From Kiritimatiellia bacterium (GTDB lineage: Bacteria; Verrucomicrobiota; Kiritimatiellia; JAAZAB01), in the NCBI GenBank assembly GCA_040767085.1, contig JAXGPF010000015.1:1-64000 (forward strand): DNA of 64,000 nucleotides. Direction: 5' to 3'. The notes under the pieces were generated by a model, which did not search any database, had not been told where the DNA came from, and saw only the letters and a program-made list of their open reading frames with translations. The translations under genes were made by a program, and so were the position numbers. Positions 36,576 through 46,430 of the stretch are shown in pieces; within the stretch, counting starts at the first letter, position 1; every line of letters starts with the position of its first letter.

Positions 36576-37500
36576 GGCCGGCGCCTTCCCGCACGGTGTA
36601 AAAACGGCGCCCATCGCATTCGCGCACCGTCAACCGTCCATCCTGGAGCAGTTGTTCCAGGACGCGCGCGGCATCCGCCGGCGCCAGGCTCAAGCCGGCA
36701 GCGACATCGTCCGCCGTGCCGGGATGTCGCTGCAGCATGGCCAGCATATCATCCGCGTTGGCGGCGCGCAGCAGCGTTGTTGCCCGCGGGTGATACTCGG
36801 CAATGACTTCAGCCGGCGGATGGAAACTGCGGGCAATCTCCGTCAATTCTTCCAGCGGCACCGGCAGCAGGCCGGCCTCCGCCGGCGGACGCGCCACGGT
36901 GTTGAGCTGCACGCGGTCCGGCGCGATGCGTTCCGCCCAGGCCCGCAAGGCCGCCAGGCTCTCCAGACTGTCATTCAGGTTTTTCACCAGGAAGATTTCC
37001 AGCCAATACCGGCCGCGAAATTCACGCCGGAAATCCGCCAGGCCTCGGGCCATAACCTCAAAATCAATGCCGGAGCACGGGCGGTTGATGCGGCGGAACG
37101 TTTCCGCGTCGCCAGCGTCGAGTGAAGGCGCCACCAGGTCCGCCGCCAGCAATTCGCCGCGGACGTCCGGCCGCCAGAGCAAAGACCCATTGGTGATGAC
37201 CGCCACCGGGATTTCCGTCAGGCGCTTGATGCCGGCGATCAACTCGCCCAGGCCCGCATACAGCGTCGGTTCTCCGGAACCGCCCAGGGTGATGTAATCC
37301 GGCGCGCAGGCCAGGCGGGCCGCCAACTCGCGCAGAATCGCGGCCGGTGCCTGCCAGGGGCGGCGGACGAGCGTGTGATTGGTCGTGCAGCCGAGTTGGC
37401 AGTAAACGCAATCGTAGCTGCACGCCTTGAAAGGCGCCAGATCGATCCCCAGCGAGCGTCCAAGACGCCGGGAAGGCACCGGACCGAAAACGCAACTCAT
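36568..37500 (-). CDS. Radical SAM protein (TYW1-like Fe-S oxidoreductase)
   Basis: VFGPVPSRRLGRSLGID, CSYDCVYC, SGEPTL and ITNGSLL motifs. Confidence 0.88.
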   Translation of the reverse strand: MSCVFGPVPSRRLGRSLGIDLAPFKACSYDCVYCQLGCTTNHTLVRRPWQAPAAILRELAARLACAPDYITLGGSGEPTLYAGLGELIAGIKRLTEIPVAVITNGSLLWRPDVRGELLAADLVAPSLDAGDAETFRRINRPCSGIDFEVMARGLADFRREFRGRYWLEIFLVKNLNDSLESLAALRAWAERIAPDRVQLNTVARPPAEAGLLPVPLEELTEIARSFHPPAEVIAEYHPRATTLLRAANADDMLAMLQRHPGTADDVAAGLSLAPADAARVLEQLLQDGRLTVRECDGRRFYTVREGAGHA

Positions 37501-37518
37501 GCCGCTCTCCTTGTTTCC

Positions 37519-38694
37519 CTACATGCTGACAACTTCGCCCATTTTGAAGATCGGCAGGAACATGGAAATGACAATGCCGCCGATCACCACCCCCAGGAAC
37601 ACCATCAGCAGGGGCTCGATCATGGCGGTCAGGCTGTCCAGCATGGCCTCCACCTCGTCATCGTAGAAATCGGCGATATTCTGCATCATTTCGTCAATCT
37701 TACCGGTTTTCTCGCCGGCGGCCATCATGTGCACCAGCAGCTTGGGGAAACAGGGATGCTTGATCAAGGCCGAGGACAGGGGATCGCCCTGCTCCACCGT
37801 GTACCGCGCCTGCAGCACCACTTTTTCAAACACCTTGTTGCCCGTGGCCCCGGACACAATCTCCAGGGCGCTCAGGATCGGCACACCGCTGCGGAGCAGT
37901 TGGGCGAAAGTGCGGGCAAACCGGCTGGTGGCGACCTTGCGGTTCAATTCGCCGATCACGGGGAAGCGCAGGGCAAACGCGGAAAGCTGGTAGGCGCCTG
38001 CGGGCGTTTTCATCCACTTGCGCAAGGCGAAGACGCCGGCCCCCAGCGCCAGCACAAGGAAGATGCCGTAGCGGCGCATGAGCCCGCTTAAATCCACCAT
38101 CACCTGGGTCAACCCCGGCAATTCCGCGCCGAATTCAGCGAACATTTCCGCGAACACGGGCACGATGAATAAAATCATGGCGGTGGCAATGCCCAGTGCG
38201 ATGCAGAGAACAATCACCGGATAACTCATGGCGGATTTTACCTTGCGCGCCAGCTTGGCGGAAGCTTCCAGGAAAGTCGCCAGGCGGGCGGCGGTTTCGC
38301 CCAATTGCCCGCCCGATTCGCCGGCCCGGATCATATTGACATACAACTGATCGAAAACACTCGGGTAATTCGCCAGCGATTCCGCAAAGGACGAACCGGC
38401 CTGGAGGTGGTTTTTCAACCCCAAGATCACCATTTTCATGTTCTTGTCGCTGGTCTGGTCTTCCAGCGCGTCCAGCGACTGGATCAGCGGCATCCCCGCC
38501 AGCAGCATGGCGGAGAGCTGGCGCGAAAAAGCCGGCAATTCCTTGTTGCGGATTTTTTTGGCGCCCGCCACCCGGCCGGCGCCACGGTGACTCCTCCGCG
38601 CCCGGCTGGCCGCTTCGCCGGCCGGACGGCCGGCGCCGCGCGCGCCGGCCGCGCCGTCGCGGGATTTCCTGAAGTCATTTCTCACTACAGCCAT
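37519..38694 (-). CDS. pilC: Type IV pilus/T2SS inner-membrane platform protein (PilC/GspF)
   Basis: FSRQLSAML, YVNMIRAGESGG, KSAMSYP, GEKTG and IEPLLMVFLG motifs. Confidence 0.9.
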   Translation of the reverse strand: MAVVRNDFRKSRDGAAGARGAGRPAGEAASRARRSHRGAGRVAGAKKIRNKELPAFSRQLSAMLLAGMPLIQSLDALEDQTSDKNMKMVILGLKNHLQAGSSFAESLANYPSVFDQLYVNMIRAGESGGQLGETAARLATFLEASAKLARKVKSAMSYPVIVLCIALGIATAMILFIVPVFAEMFAEFGAELPGLTQVMVDLSGLMRRYGIFLVLALGAGVFALRKWMKTPAGAYQLSAFALRFPVIGELNRKVATSRFARTFAQLLRSGVPILSALEIVSGATGNKVFEKVVLQARYTVEQGDPLSSALIKHPCFPKLLVHMMAAGEKTGKIDEMMQNIADFYDDEVEAMLDSLTAMIEPLLMVFLGVVIGGIVISMFLPIFKMGEVVSM

Positions 38695-38735
38695 GATGAT
38701 CAATCTTTCTCAAGCGCTGCCGCGGCAGCGCAGGT

Positions 38736-40454
38736 TCATTCGCCGCCGCCGGTTACGCTCAGGATTTCCTCCAGGCTGGAGATCCCTTGCTTGACTTTTT
38801 CCAGGCCGATCATCCGCAGGGTCAGCATGCCGTTCGCCACAGCCTGCTCGGTCAGGGCCCCGGCGTTGGCGTTCGCCAGAATCAACTGGCGGATGGCATC
38901 GTCCACAATCAGCACTTCCATCAGCGAACTGCGGCCCTTGAAACCGGTGTTGGCGCACTTGGGACAGCCATGCGCAGCAAAAATCTGCGCCCCTTCCAGC
39001 AAGGCGGGATCCAGGTTGTTGATCCGGAGATAATCCGGCGAAATTTCCGCCGGCTTCTTGCAGGCCACGCATAACTTTTTAAACAGGCGCTGGGCTTGCG
39101 CCATGATCACGGAGGATGCCAGCAAGAACGCCTCCAGCCCCATGTCGCGCATGCGCGTGATCGCGCCGGCGGCGTCGTTGGTGTGGAGCGTGCTCAATAC
39201 CAGGTGGCCGGTCAAGGCCGCCTTGACGGCAATGGCGGCGGTTTCCTGGTCGCGGATTTCCCCCACCATGACAATGTCGGGGTCTTGGCGCAGAATGGCG
39301 CGCAAGGCATTGGCGAAAGTCAAGCCGACATCATCGTTGATCTGCACCTGGTTGATGCCGGACAACTGGTATTCCACCGGATCCTCGGTGGTGACGATGT
39401 TGACATTCGGCTTGTTCAGATCCTGCAGGCAGGAATACAAGGTGGTGGTCTTGCCGCTGCCGGTGGGGCCGGTAACCAGAATGATGCCATGCGGTTGGTT
39501 GATGGCGAACACCAGGGCTTCGTAGGCTTTCTGGTCCAACCCCAGGGCGGAGAGCGTGGGCGCCAGGTTGCTGCGGTCGAGGATACGCATGACAATTTTT
39601 TCGCCATGCACCATCGGCAGAACGTTCACGCGTAAATCCACTTCCTTGCCCAGGGCCCGGATTTTAAAGCGTCCATCCTGGGGGATGCGCCGCTCGGCGA
39701 TGTTCATGTCCGACATGATCTTGATGCGGGAAGTAATGGCCGACTGCAGGTTTTTAGGGGGGCTCGGCACCTCGTACAATTCGCCGTCCACCCGGTAACG
39801 CAGGCGCAGCGCGCGCTCCATCGGCTCGATGTGGATATCGCTGGCGCGCCGCCTCAAGGCTTCCACCAGGATTGAATTGACGATGCGGATCACCGGCGCG
39901 CCCTCGGCGCTTTCCAGCATTTCGTCGATGCTGACATCCTCTTTCTTTTCATGCCCGACTTCAACATCATCGTCGTCCACCATGTTTTTGATAATGTCTT
40001 CCAGGTTGGGCGACGTCTGTTCCAGAAACTTTTGCAGCAGGTCCTTGACTTCTTTTTCCGCCGCCGCCAGCGGCACGACGGTCAGATCGGTGATGGCCTG
40101 TAATTCCTCGATTGATCCCATGTTGAAGGGGTCGCCCAGCGCCACCGTCAGCACGCGCCCGATCTTGGCAACCGGCACGGCCAACAAGCTTTTCAGGCGT
40201 TCGGCAGGGATCAGTCCCAGCAGTTGGCTGTCAGGCGTGAAATGCGCCAGGGTGATTGGACGCAAACCCAGGTATTCGGCGATGGCGAGGGTAATATTGG
40301 TATCCGAAACCAGCTGGTTGGCAAAGAGATATTCTTCCAGGCGGCGGCCTTCCGCCTGGGATGCTTCCAGGGCTTTGTTCAAAGTTTCCGCGTCAATTGC
40401 CTGGCGCCGCAGCAGAATGGTGGCAATTTTATTGCTTAACGATCCGCGATCCAT
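38736..40454 (-). CDS. pilB: Type IV pilus assembly ATPase PilB (GspE/PulE family)
   Basis: ASDIHIEP, PQDGR, GPTGSGKTTTLY, LRQDPDIVMVGEIRD and STLHTND motifs; CxxC...CxxC zinc motif. Confidence 0.92.
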   Translation of the reverse strand: MDRGSLSNKIATILLRRQAIDAETLNKALEASQAEGRRLEEYLFANQLVSDTNITLAIAEYLGLRPITLAHFTPDSQLLGLIPAERLKSLLAVPVAKIGRVLTVALGDPFNMGSIEELQAITDLTVVPLAAAEKEVKDLLQKFLEQTSPNLEDIIKNMVDDDDVEVGHEKKEDVSIDEMLESAEGAPVIRIVNSILVEALRRRASDIHIEPMERALRLRYRVDGELYEVPSPPKNLQSAITSRIKIMSDMNIAERRIPQDGRFKIRALGKEVDLRVNVLPMVHGEKIVMRILDRSNLAPTLSALGLDQKAYEALVFAINQPHGIILVTGPTGSGKTTTLYSCLQDLNKPNVNIVTTEDPVEYQLSGINQVQINDDVGLTFANALRAILRQDPDIVMVGEIRDQETAAIAVKAALTGHLVLSTLHTNDAAGAITRMRDMGLEAFLLASSVIMAQAQRLFKKLCVACKKPAEISPDYLRINNLDPALLEGAQIFAAHGCPKCANTGFKGRSSLMEVLIVDDAIRQLILANANAGALTEQAVANGMLTLRMIGLEKVKQGISSLEEILSVTGGGE

Positions 40455-40561
40455 TTAAAATTCCTCCGCGGCATGGCCCGGCCGGCATGCCTGGCTACTG
40501 CAAATATGGCATAACACCGGCAAATTGGCCAGCAAAAAACCAGGCTGTTCGCCCGACATTG

Positions 40562-40822
40562 CAGGGCTGCGTCATTCTCAGAACAGACGGCTCGGTACGG
40601 CTTGCCCTGCATAGCGCAGCACGCAGGGAGAACTCACCCTGCCTGGGAAATCTGCTGGAGGTAGGGCGACGTCTCCGACGGAGCCGTCCGGCAAAGCCGG
40701 ACTCGGAGAGCTCGCCCCACCTGGGAAATCTGCTGAAGGGCGAGACCCCGCTCAAAGCGGGGTAAACCTCCGGCTTGTCCCGCCTGGCGCGGGAGCGAGC
40801 CGCCGAAAATGACCCAGCCGTG
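40562..40822. mobile_element. 261-bp MITE with 18-bp imperfect TIRs and a 10-bp TSD
   Basis: CAGGGCTGCGTCATTCTC...GAAAATGACCCAGCCGTG; flanks CCCGACATTG / CCCGGCATTT (8/10). A near-identical inverted copy lies at 49376-49636. Confidence 0.85.
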
Positions 40823-40831
40823 CCCGGCATT

Positions 40832-43474
40832 TTAGGGCACAACGGAAATCATGCCGGCCAACAGCCCCAGGTCGTCCGGGAAGCCGGCGGCGCCCGAATC
40901 CCAGGCCGGCTGAACCTGCATTTCCACCCAGACCCATTCGGGCTCATCCAGCCGGCGGTGAAAAGGGGCCGCCACCCACTGCCATTCCATCGCCGGCAGC
41001 CGGCCGGACCACAGGCAGTCTCCTGCCGCCGTCAGCGTCAAATGCGTGCCGCACGGCGGAGCGCGCGCCAGGAGCAGCAAGCGGCCGGTTGGCGCCGGCG
41101 GCCGCGGCAGCAGGATGGCAGCTCCCGCGCGCGTCCACCGGGCGTCCAGGGGAGGCATATCCCGCTCTGCCAGCGCTTCCGGCGGCGCCGCCGCGAGTAA
41201 ATCCAGCGTCAGACGCTGGCCGCTCCACAAGTTGCATCCCGCAACTGCGTCAAGCCCATCCCCACCGGCGGGGGCCTGGCTCACCGGCAGGCGCAGGACG
41301 CGCCAATCCCGATCGAGTAGCTGGCTTATCCCCCGGGCGGAACGCGCCGGATTTACGCCGTCCATAGTCAGTATAAGCAGTTCCTCCGCGGGCGCGGCCG
41401 CCGGCCAGGCCGCGCGAAGAGCGTTCCACCCGGCGCAGCGGATGCGCCATGCGCCGTGCCGCAGGTTAGCAAACCGGCGCAACCCCATGTTGCCGGCATC
41501 GAGCTGCGCGCGGTAAGGTTCGGCCCAATCGCGGCAGCCGGCCGGCGCCTTGTCAGCCAGACGCATGCGATACATGCCCAGGGTCATGGCATTGCGGCGC
41601 ACCTCCACCGGCAGGCGGCGGCCAGCCTGCCGCAGCCTCCGGTATTCCCATGTGCCTTGCAGCACGGGCGTGAAAACAAAGCCGGCGCTGACCGGCGCGT
41701 GGAAGGGCGTGATAAAATAAACCGGCACCGCGGGAAATTCGCGCATCAAGCGTTCCAATTCCGCCTCAATCCGCTCATAATTCGCGCGCCGTTCATTGTC
41801 GATTCCCAACACCGGCAGGTTGAAGTAGTGGTCAAACGGAGCTGCCAGCCGCGAATATTCCACCACCAATGCGCCCTCCGATGCGCGCACCAACTGCGCA
41901 AAGGGCCGTAAAAAGCTTGCGAAGCCGCGGTATTCCGTCAGCTTCAAAAGGTGCATGCGCCCCCGCAGGCCCGCGCCGGCCAGCAGCGCCGCCAGGACCA
42001 GCACGCCCGCCGGCATCAGGCGGCGGCGGACCGCCGGCATGACCGGCAGCAGCCGGACGGCCAGGGCGCCGGCGGCGCCCGCCAGGGCGCTTAAGCACAA
42101 GGCCAGCATGGGAACCGCCGTCACCGCCAGGTAGCGAGTCATCATGAAATCGTTGATGCGGCCGGCAAACAGAATGCCGGGTAAAACCGCTGCCGCCACC
42201 GCCAGTCGCGCCAAGGACTGGCGGGCGGTCATCCCGCGAAGTCGTCCGGCAGGCGGCCAGACGCACCAAACCAGCCAGCCGGCCAGGCCGGCGCAGGCCG
42301 TCGGGCCCGAAACCATGTTGGCCAGCGCCTGGAAGTCGGTCATGTACAAAAAATGCTCCAGGGGCCTGCCCAGCAGCGGCAAACTGCCCGAGGCATCACG
42401 CCGGAAATAATAAAAAAACGGCAGCAACACGCCGGCCGCTCCGATCAGCCAGGCGGCGGCACGCAACCAGGAAGCCGCGGATGGCGCAGTCCACAGGCGT
42501 TGCGCCGCCCGTCCGGCGGCCAACAAACCGACCGCCGCGGCCGCGCCGGCCAACCAGCCCCGCGGATCGCCCAACATCCGCCACATCAGATGCCCCAGCC
42601 CGTAATAATCGGTGATCCGCCGCGCCTGGTAATCCAACGCAAGAAGCGCCACCGCTGCCACCAGCAGCACGGGCAGCCAGTCCCGGCGCCCTGCCCCAAC
42701 CCCGGCGACGATCAGCGCTATTGCCGGAGCGAGGGCATACCAGGCGGTGATGTGAAAAAACGGCGCCAGCATGAGGCAGGCGGCGCCCAGCCAGACATCC
42801 GGGCCGGGCCGGCGCCGGGCGCGCGGCGCCGGCCCGGCCAACAGGGCCAATCCGGCAAACAACATGCCGGCGGCGATGATTTCCGGGCGCGGCGCGCGTC
42901 CATGCCAGACCGTCAACGGGTTCAACAAAAACAGCCAGAAAGCCGCGAGGCCGCACCAGCGCCATGGCAGGAGGCCGCCGGCCAGTGCGCTCAGGGCCAG
43001 CGCTCCCAGCAGGGCGAAGATGGGCACGACATAGAGTGCCGCATCGGGCGTGCCCGCCAGGCGCGTTGCAACGGCCACCAGCAGGGAATAAGCCGGCTGG
43101 AAATGCGGACCGATCAGCGCCAGGTGTTCATTGCATACCCAAAGGCAGGCATCCTTGGTGGGGCCGTAACCGGAATGGCCGAAGTAAAACTCCGGCCGCA
43201 ACTCCGGCTGCACCAGCGACAGGAGATCGTCCACGTAAAAAAAACGGCCCTGCCGGCCATAAGTCACGCCGGCATTCAAGTAGGCGCCGGGATCCTCACC
43301 GCCGAAAATATCCTCATGCGGCCGGAACATCAGGACCGCGGCCAGGGCCAGCATGGCCGTCCATAACCAAACACCGGCGCGGCCACCCAGGGCCGGCGGC
43401 AGGCGGCGCGCCACCCGCCAGGCAGCGCAGCCGGCCATCAACCATAAAAAACCGCCCATTAAAAACACCTGCAT
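40832..43474 (-). CDS. Large multi-TM protein, GT-C (ArnT/PMT-like) glycosyltransferase-like
   Basis: DPGAYLNAG acidic loop, LLNPLTVWHGRAPRPE and RYL motifs; more than 12 TM helices followed by a soluble C-terminal region. Confidence 0.55.
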   Translation of the reverse strand: MQVFLMGGFLWLMAGCAAWRVARRLPPALGGRAGVWLWTAMLALAAVLMFRPHEDIFGGEDPGAYLNAGVTYGRQGRFFYVDDLLSLVQPELRPEFYFGHSGYGPTKDACLWVCNEHLALIGPHFQPAYSLLVAVATRLAGTPDAALYVVPIFALLGALALSALAGGLLPWRWCGLAAFWLFLLNPLTVWHGRAPRPEIIAAGMLFAGLALLAGPAPRARRRPGPDVWLGAACLMLAPFFHITAWYALAPAIALIVAGVGAGRRDWLPVLLVAAVALLALDYQARRITDYYGLGHLMWRMLGDPRGWLAGAAAAVGLLAAGRAAQRLWTAPSAASWLRAAAWLIGAAGVLLPFFYYFRRDASGSLPLLGRPLEHFLYMTDFQALANMVSGPTACAGLAGWLVWCVWPPAGRLRGMTARQSLARLAVAAAVLPGILFAGRINDFMMTRYLAVTAVPMLALCLSALAGAAGALAVRLLPVMPAVRRRLMPAGVLVLAALLAGAGLRGRMHLLKLTEYRGFASFLRPFAQLVRASEGALVVEYSRLAAPFDHYFNLPVLGIDNERRANYERIEAELERLMREFPAVPVYFITPFHAPVSAGFVFTPVLQGTWEYRRLRQAGRRLPVEVRRNAMTLGMYRMRLADKAPAGCRDWAEPYRAQLDAGNMGLRRFANLRHGAWRIRCAGWNALRAAWPAAAPAEELLILTMDGVNPARSARGISQLLDRDWRVLRLPVSQAPAGGDGLDAVAGCNLWSGQRLTLDLLAAAPPEALAERDMPPLDARWTRAGAAILLPRPPAPTGRLLLLARAPPCGTHLTLTAAGDCLWSGRLPAMEWQWVAAPFHRRLDEPEWVWVEMQVQPAWDSGAAGFPDDLGLLAGMISVVP

Positions 43475-43553
43475 GCAGCCCCCCGGGCATTTGACTTGCG
43501 GACCATTCTAGCCTCTGTTACACTGCCGGCGCAACCAAAAACCTGTCCCCACC

Positions 43554-44375
43554 ATGAAGACACCCTCCACAGCCAGCCTCCCGCCCGCCGGCGCGGCCGG
43601 CCAGGCCGCGCCCTGGTGGAAAACCTTGGGGCAGATGGCCTGGCACGACCTGCATGCGCGTTATGCCGGCGCCGCGCTGGGCTTGATCTGGAGCGTCGTC
43701 CAGCCGCTGGTGATGGCGCTGATTCTCTGGGTGGTGATCGGATACGGCATGCGGACCAGCCGCATCGGCGGCCTGCCCGGCCTGGCATGGATTTTACCCG
43801 GCATGGCCGCCTGGAGTTTTTTCGCGGAAGCTCTGAATGCCGGCACGCTGGTACTGCAGGAATATGCATTTCTGGTGAAAAAAGTGCGCTTCCCGATCAT
43901 CCTGCTGCCGCCGGTTAAGATTCTATCGGCCCTGGCAGTCCACCTGGTTTTCCTGGGATTAACCGCGGTTGTGCTGGCGATGCAGGGAGTCCGGCCGGGC
44001 TGGCAGATGCTTTGGCTCCCGTATTACACGGCCGGACTGCTGTCGCTGCTGGCCGGCCTGGCCTGGATCACCGCATCGCTGCATGCGCTGGCGCGGGATG
44101 TCGGGCATGCGGTCAACATCTTCCTGCAATTCGGCTTCTGGCTGACGCCGGTTTTCTGGAGTCCGGAGATGCTCCCGGAGGGCGCCCTGCGGCAACTGGC
44201 CTGCCTCAACCCCATGTATTACATTGTGGACGGCTACCGCCGCTGCCTGGCGCTCTCCGCCATGCCGGAACTGGGCATGCCGGCGGCCGTCTTCTGGCTG
44301 GAAGCAGGCATCATCGCCTGGGCCGGCGCCCTGATGTTCCGCCGGCTCCGCGGCCATTTTGCCGATATACTGTGA
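43554..44375 (+). CDS. ABC-2 polysaccharide export permease (Wzm/RfbA/TagG-like)
   Basis: DLHARYAGAALGLIWSVVQPL, LVKKVRFP, RDVGH, FWLTPVFW, LNPMYYIVDGYR and HFADIL motifs. Confidence 0.9.
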   Translation: MKTPSTASLPPAGAAGQAAPWWKTLGQMAWHDLHARYAGAALGLIWSVVQPLVMALILWVVIGYGMRTSRIGGLPGLAWILPGMAAWSFFAEALNAGTLVLQEYAFLVKKVRFPIILLPPVKILSALAVHLVFLGLTAVVLAMQGVRPGWQMLWLPYYTAGLLSLLAGLAWITASLHALARDVGHAVNIFLQFGFWLTPVFWSPEMLPEGALRQLACLNPMYYIVDGYRRCLALSAMPELGMPAAVFWLEAGIIAWAGALMFRRLRGHFADIL

Positions 44376-44509
44376 CCGCAAAAAGAGCTTGCGGCGCGGC
44401 GGACGATCGGATATAAATACGAGTTTGTTTCATCCATGCGGTAAATCAATAACCGGCCGGCCATTCGGGACGGCCGGCGCCGCCGCGCCAAAAAAAGGAG
44501 TCTGAAGTA

Positions 44510-45127
44510 ATGGGTATTTTAACGCGCTGGTTTGGGGGCGCCGCCGCCCAGCCGGATTTCAAATTTTCGCCGGAATCCCGGATGTATATTTTCGATGCCA
44601 GCAAACTGGCCGAGGCTGGAGCGAAAAACGCAGGCGGGGCCACCCCGCGGGATAATTTCGAAACCTTGAAACTCCTGACGCAGTTTGCCGCGCAGGAAGG
44701 CTTGCGCCTGACGGCAGTGCTGACTGGACGCCCCCTGCGCGAGGCCGCGGAAGGCGACAGCTACAAAAACGTCACGGTGCATTACGCGGAAAACACCTCC
44801 GCCTGCCGTAAGACCATCCTGCAATTGCTGCAAGGCCAGGGCAGCGGGAAAGCCGTGGTCGTGACGGCCGACGCCGAGCTGGAGCGGATGGCCGCCGCCC
44901 AGGGCGCCGAGTGCATGCGTATCGGCACTTTTAAAAAGGCGCTGGAAAACCGCGAATCCCGCGACAACCGCCGGCCGGCCCGGCCGCCGCGCCGCAATTC
45001 CGCCAATACCAACGGCAATGGCGAAAAGCAACCGCCGGACGCCGCGACGCCGGATGGGCCGCCCTCGCCGGCGCCCGCTTCGGATGCCCCGAAGAAGGAA
45101 ATCCTCGACCTGATCGATCCGATTTGA
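44510..45127 (+). CDS. Degenerate NYN/YacP-like domain protein with a low-complexity tail
   Basis: YIFDASKL, VLTG, VHYA and AVVVTADAELERMAAAQGA parallel the layout of the 3568-4023 protein; AAGGAG RBS. Confidence 0.55.
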   Translation: MGILTRWFGGAAAQPDFKFSPESRMYIFDASKLAEAGAKNAGGATPRDNFETLKLLTQFAAQEGLRLTAVLTGRPLREAAEGDSYKNVTVHYAENTSACRKTILQLLQGQGSGKAVVVTADAELERMAAAQGAECMRIGTFKKALENRESRDNRRPARPPRRNSANTNGNGEKQPPDAATPDGPPSPAPASDAPKKEILDLIDPI

Positions 45128-45139
45128 CCGGGCCGGTTT

Positions 45140-45940
45140 TTATTCCGCGGCGGCGGTGGCCGGCGGTGCCGGGAAGCGGCCTTCCAGCGCGTCGCTGACA
45201 ATTTCCTTGGTGTCGCAGGGGAAATCGCTTTTCAGCAGCCAGCGCAGGAATTTCTGATTATCCCGCGCCAGGTCGCGCAGTTTCTGCCCCAGGCATTGTT
45301 TGCCGAAATTGACCACGATTTCGCCATCCACCCAGCGCAACTTGCCGGTTTGATCCGCCCAGTCCGGCTGGCGCAGGCTGCAATAATCGTCCAAGGCGTC
45401 CAAATCAGAAGGCAGATCGGAATATTTTTGCAATTGGGCAGCGAGCACCTTCAACGCCGCCTCGCAATCCGCCCTGGCGCCGTGGGCGCCTACGTGCGCC
45501 TCGTTGCAATAGAACGCCAGGGCGGCGGTCAAATCCCGCGGCTCTTTTTTGTGGAAAATGCGCTGGGCGTCGAGCAGGCGCCGGCCGTCCTCCTGGAAAG
45601 TCATGGCGCACCGGGCGAATTCCTCGCGCAACATCAGGACATCGTACCGCACAATTCCGAAACCCGCCAAGTCGCACCCATCCAGCAATTCCCAGATGCG
45701 GGGCGCCAGTTCGGCAAAGGACGGCTGGCCGGCTACATCCGCGTCGGTGATGCCATGGATGGCCGTCACCACCGGCGGAATGGGGATGCCTGGATTAATC
45801 CGGAACACATGATCCTCGCGCCGTCCATCCGGCATCAGTTTCAATATTGCCATCTCCACGACGCGGTCAACGCGCGGATTCAAACCGGTGGTCTCAAGGT
45901 CAAGCACCGCCAGCGGGCGGTCCAGTTTCAAAGGCAGCAT
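45140..45940 (-). CDS. DEDDh 3'-5' exonuclease (DnaQ/Pol III epsilon-like)
   Basis: LDLETTG, IHGITD, YD, LLDAQRIF and HGARAD motifs; GGAGG RBS before ATG 45940. Confidence 0.88.
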   Translation of the reverse strand: MLPLKLDRPLAVLDLETTGLNPRVDRVVEMAILKLMPDGRREDHVFRINPGIPIPPVVTAIHGITDADVAGQPSFAELAPRIWELLDGCDLAGFGIVRYDVLMLREEFARCAMTFQEDGRRLLDAQRIFHKKEPRDLTAALAFYCNEAHVGAHGARADCEAALKVLAAQLQKYSDLPSDLDALDDYCSLRQPDWADQTGKLRWVDGEIVVNFGKQCLGQKLRDLARDNQKFLRWLLKSDFPCDTKEIVSDALEGRFPAPPATAAAE

Positions 45941-46430
45941 ACTTGTTTCCTCCCTTAACATCTTCGCGGCGCCAGGCGGACATACCTCCATCGGCCGCGG
46001 CACATAGTGGATTAAAAGCGGCAGGCTGGCAAGGCTAAATCCAGCGCCGCCAGAATTGGCTGGATGTAAGCCAAATTTGTTGCGGTAGTGCGGCAGCAGG
46101 GATGCCTAGCGCATTCCGTTTGAAAAGCACGGGGAGCGGAATTCGCAACGTGATGGCTCAATTTCGTGCAGGATGGTCTAACCTGGCCGAAATTTTCGGA
46201 ATTTACAGGATTGTATCAATAACGGACTCATAAATCGCGCTGAAATCCGCCGTAAAATTAAAGTTAATTCAAATTGCCAACAAATTTGTCTTACACCCTG
46301 ATTGGCTTGAAAAATCAGTTTTTCATTGCCAAGCGTCTTGCGATGATGGTAAAAACTCTGCCGCTGCATGGATGCAGCGCAAATCATTTTGAGCGGCGCC
46401 CGCGCCGCGGACTGCCGCCAGGAGGAATGC

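Noticed and set aside
40495-40842. 115-aa ORF with near-identical counterparts at 49383-49777
   Set aside because: These are translations of the non-coding MITE and have no transposase motifs.
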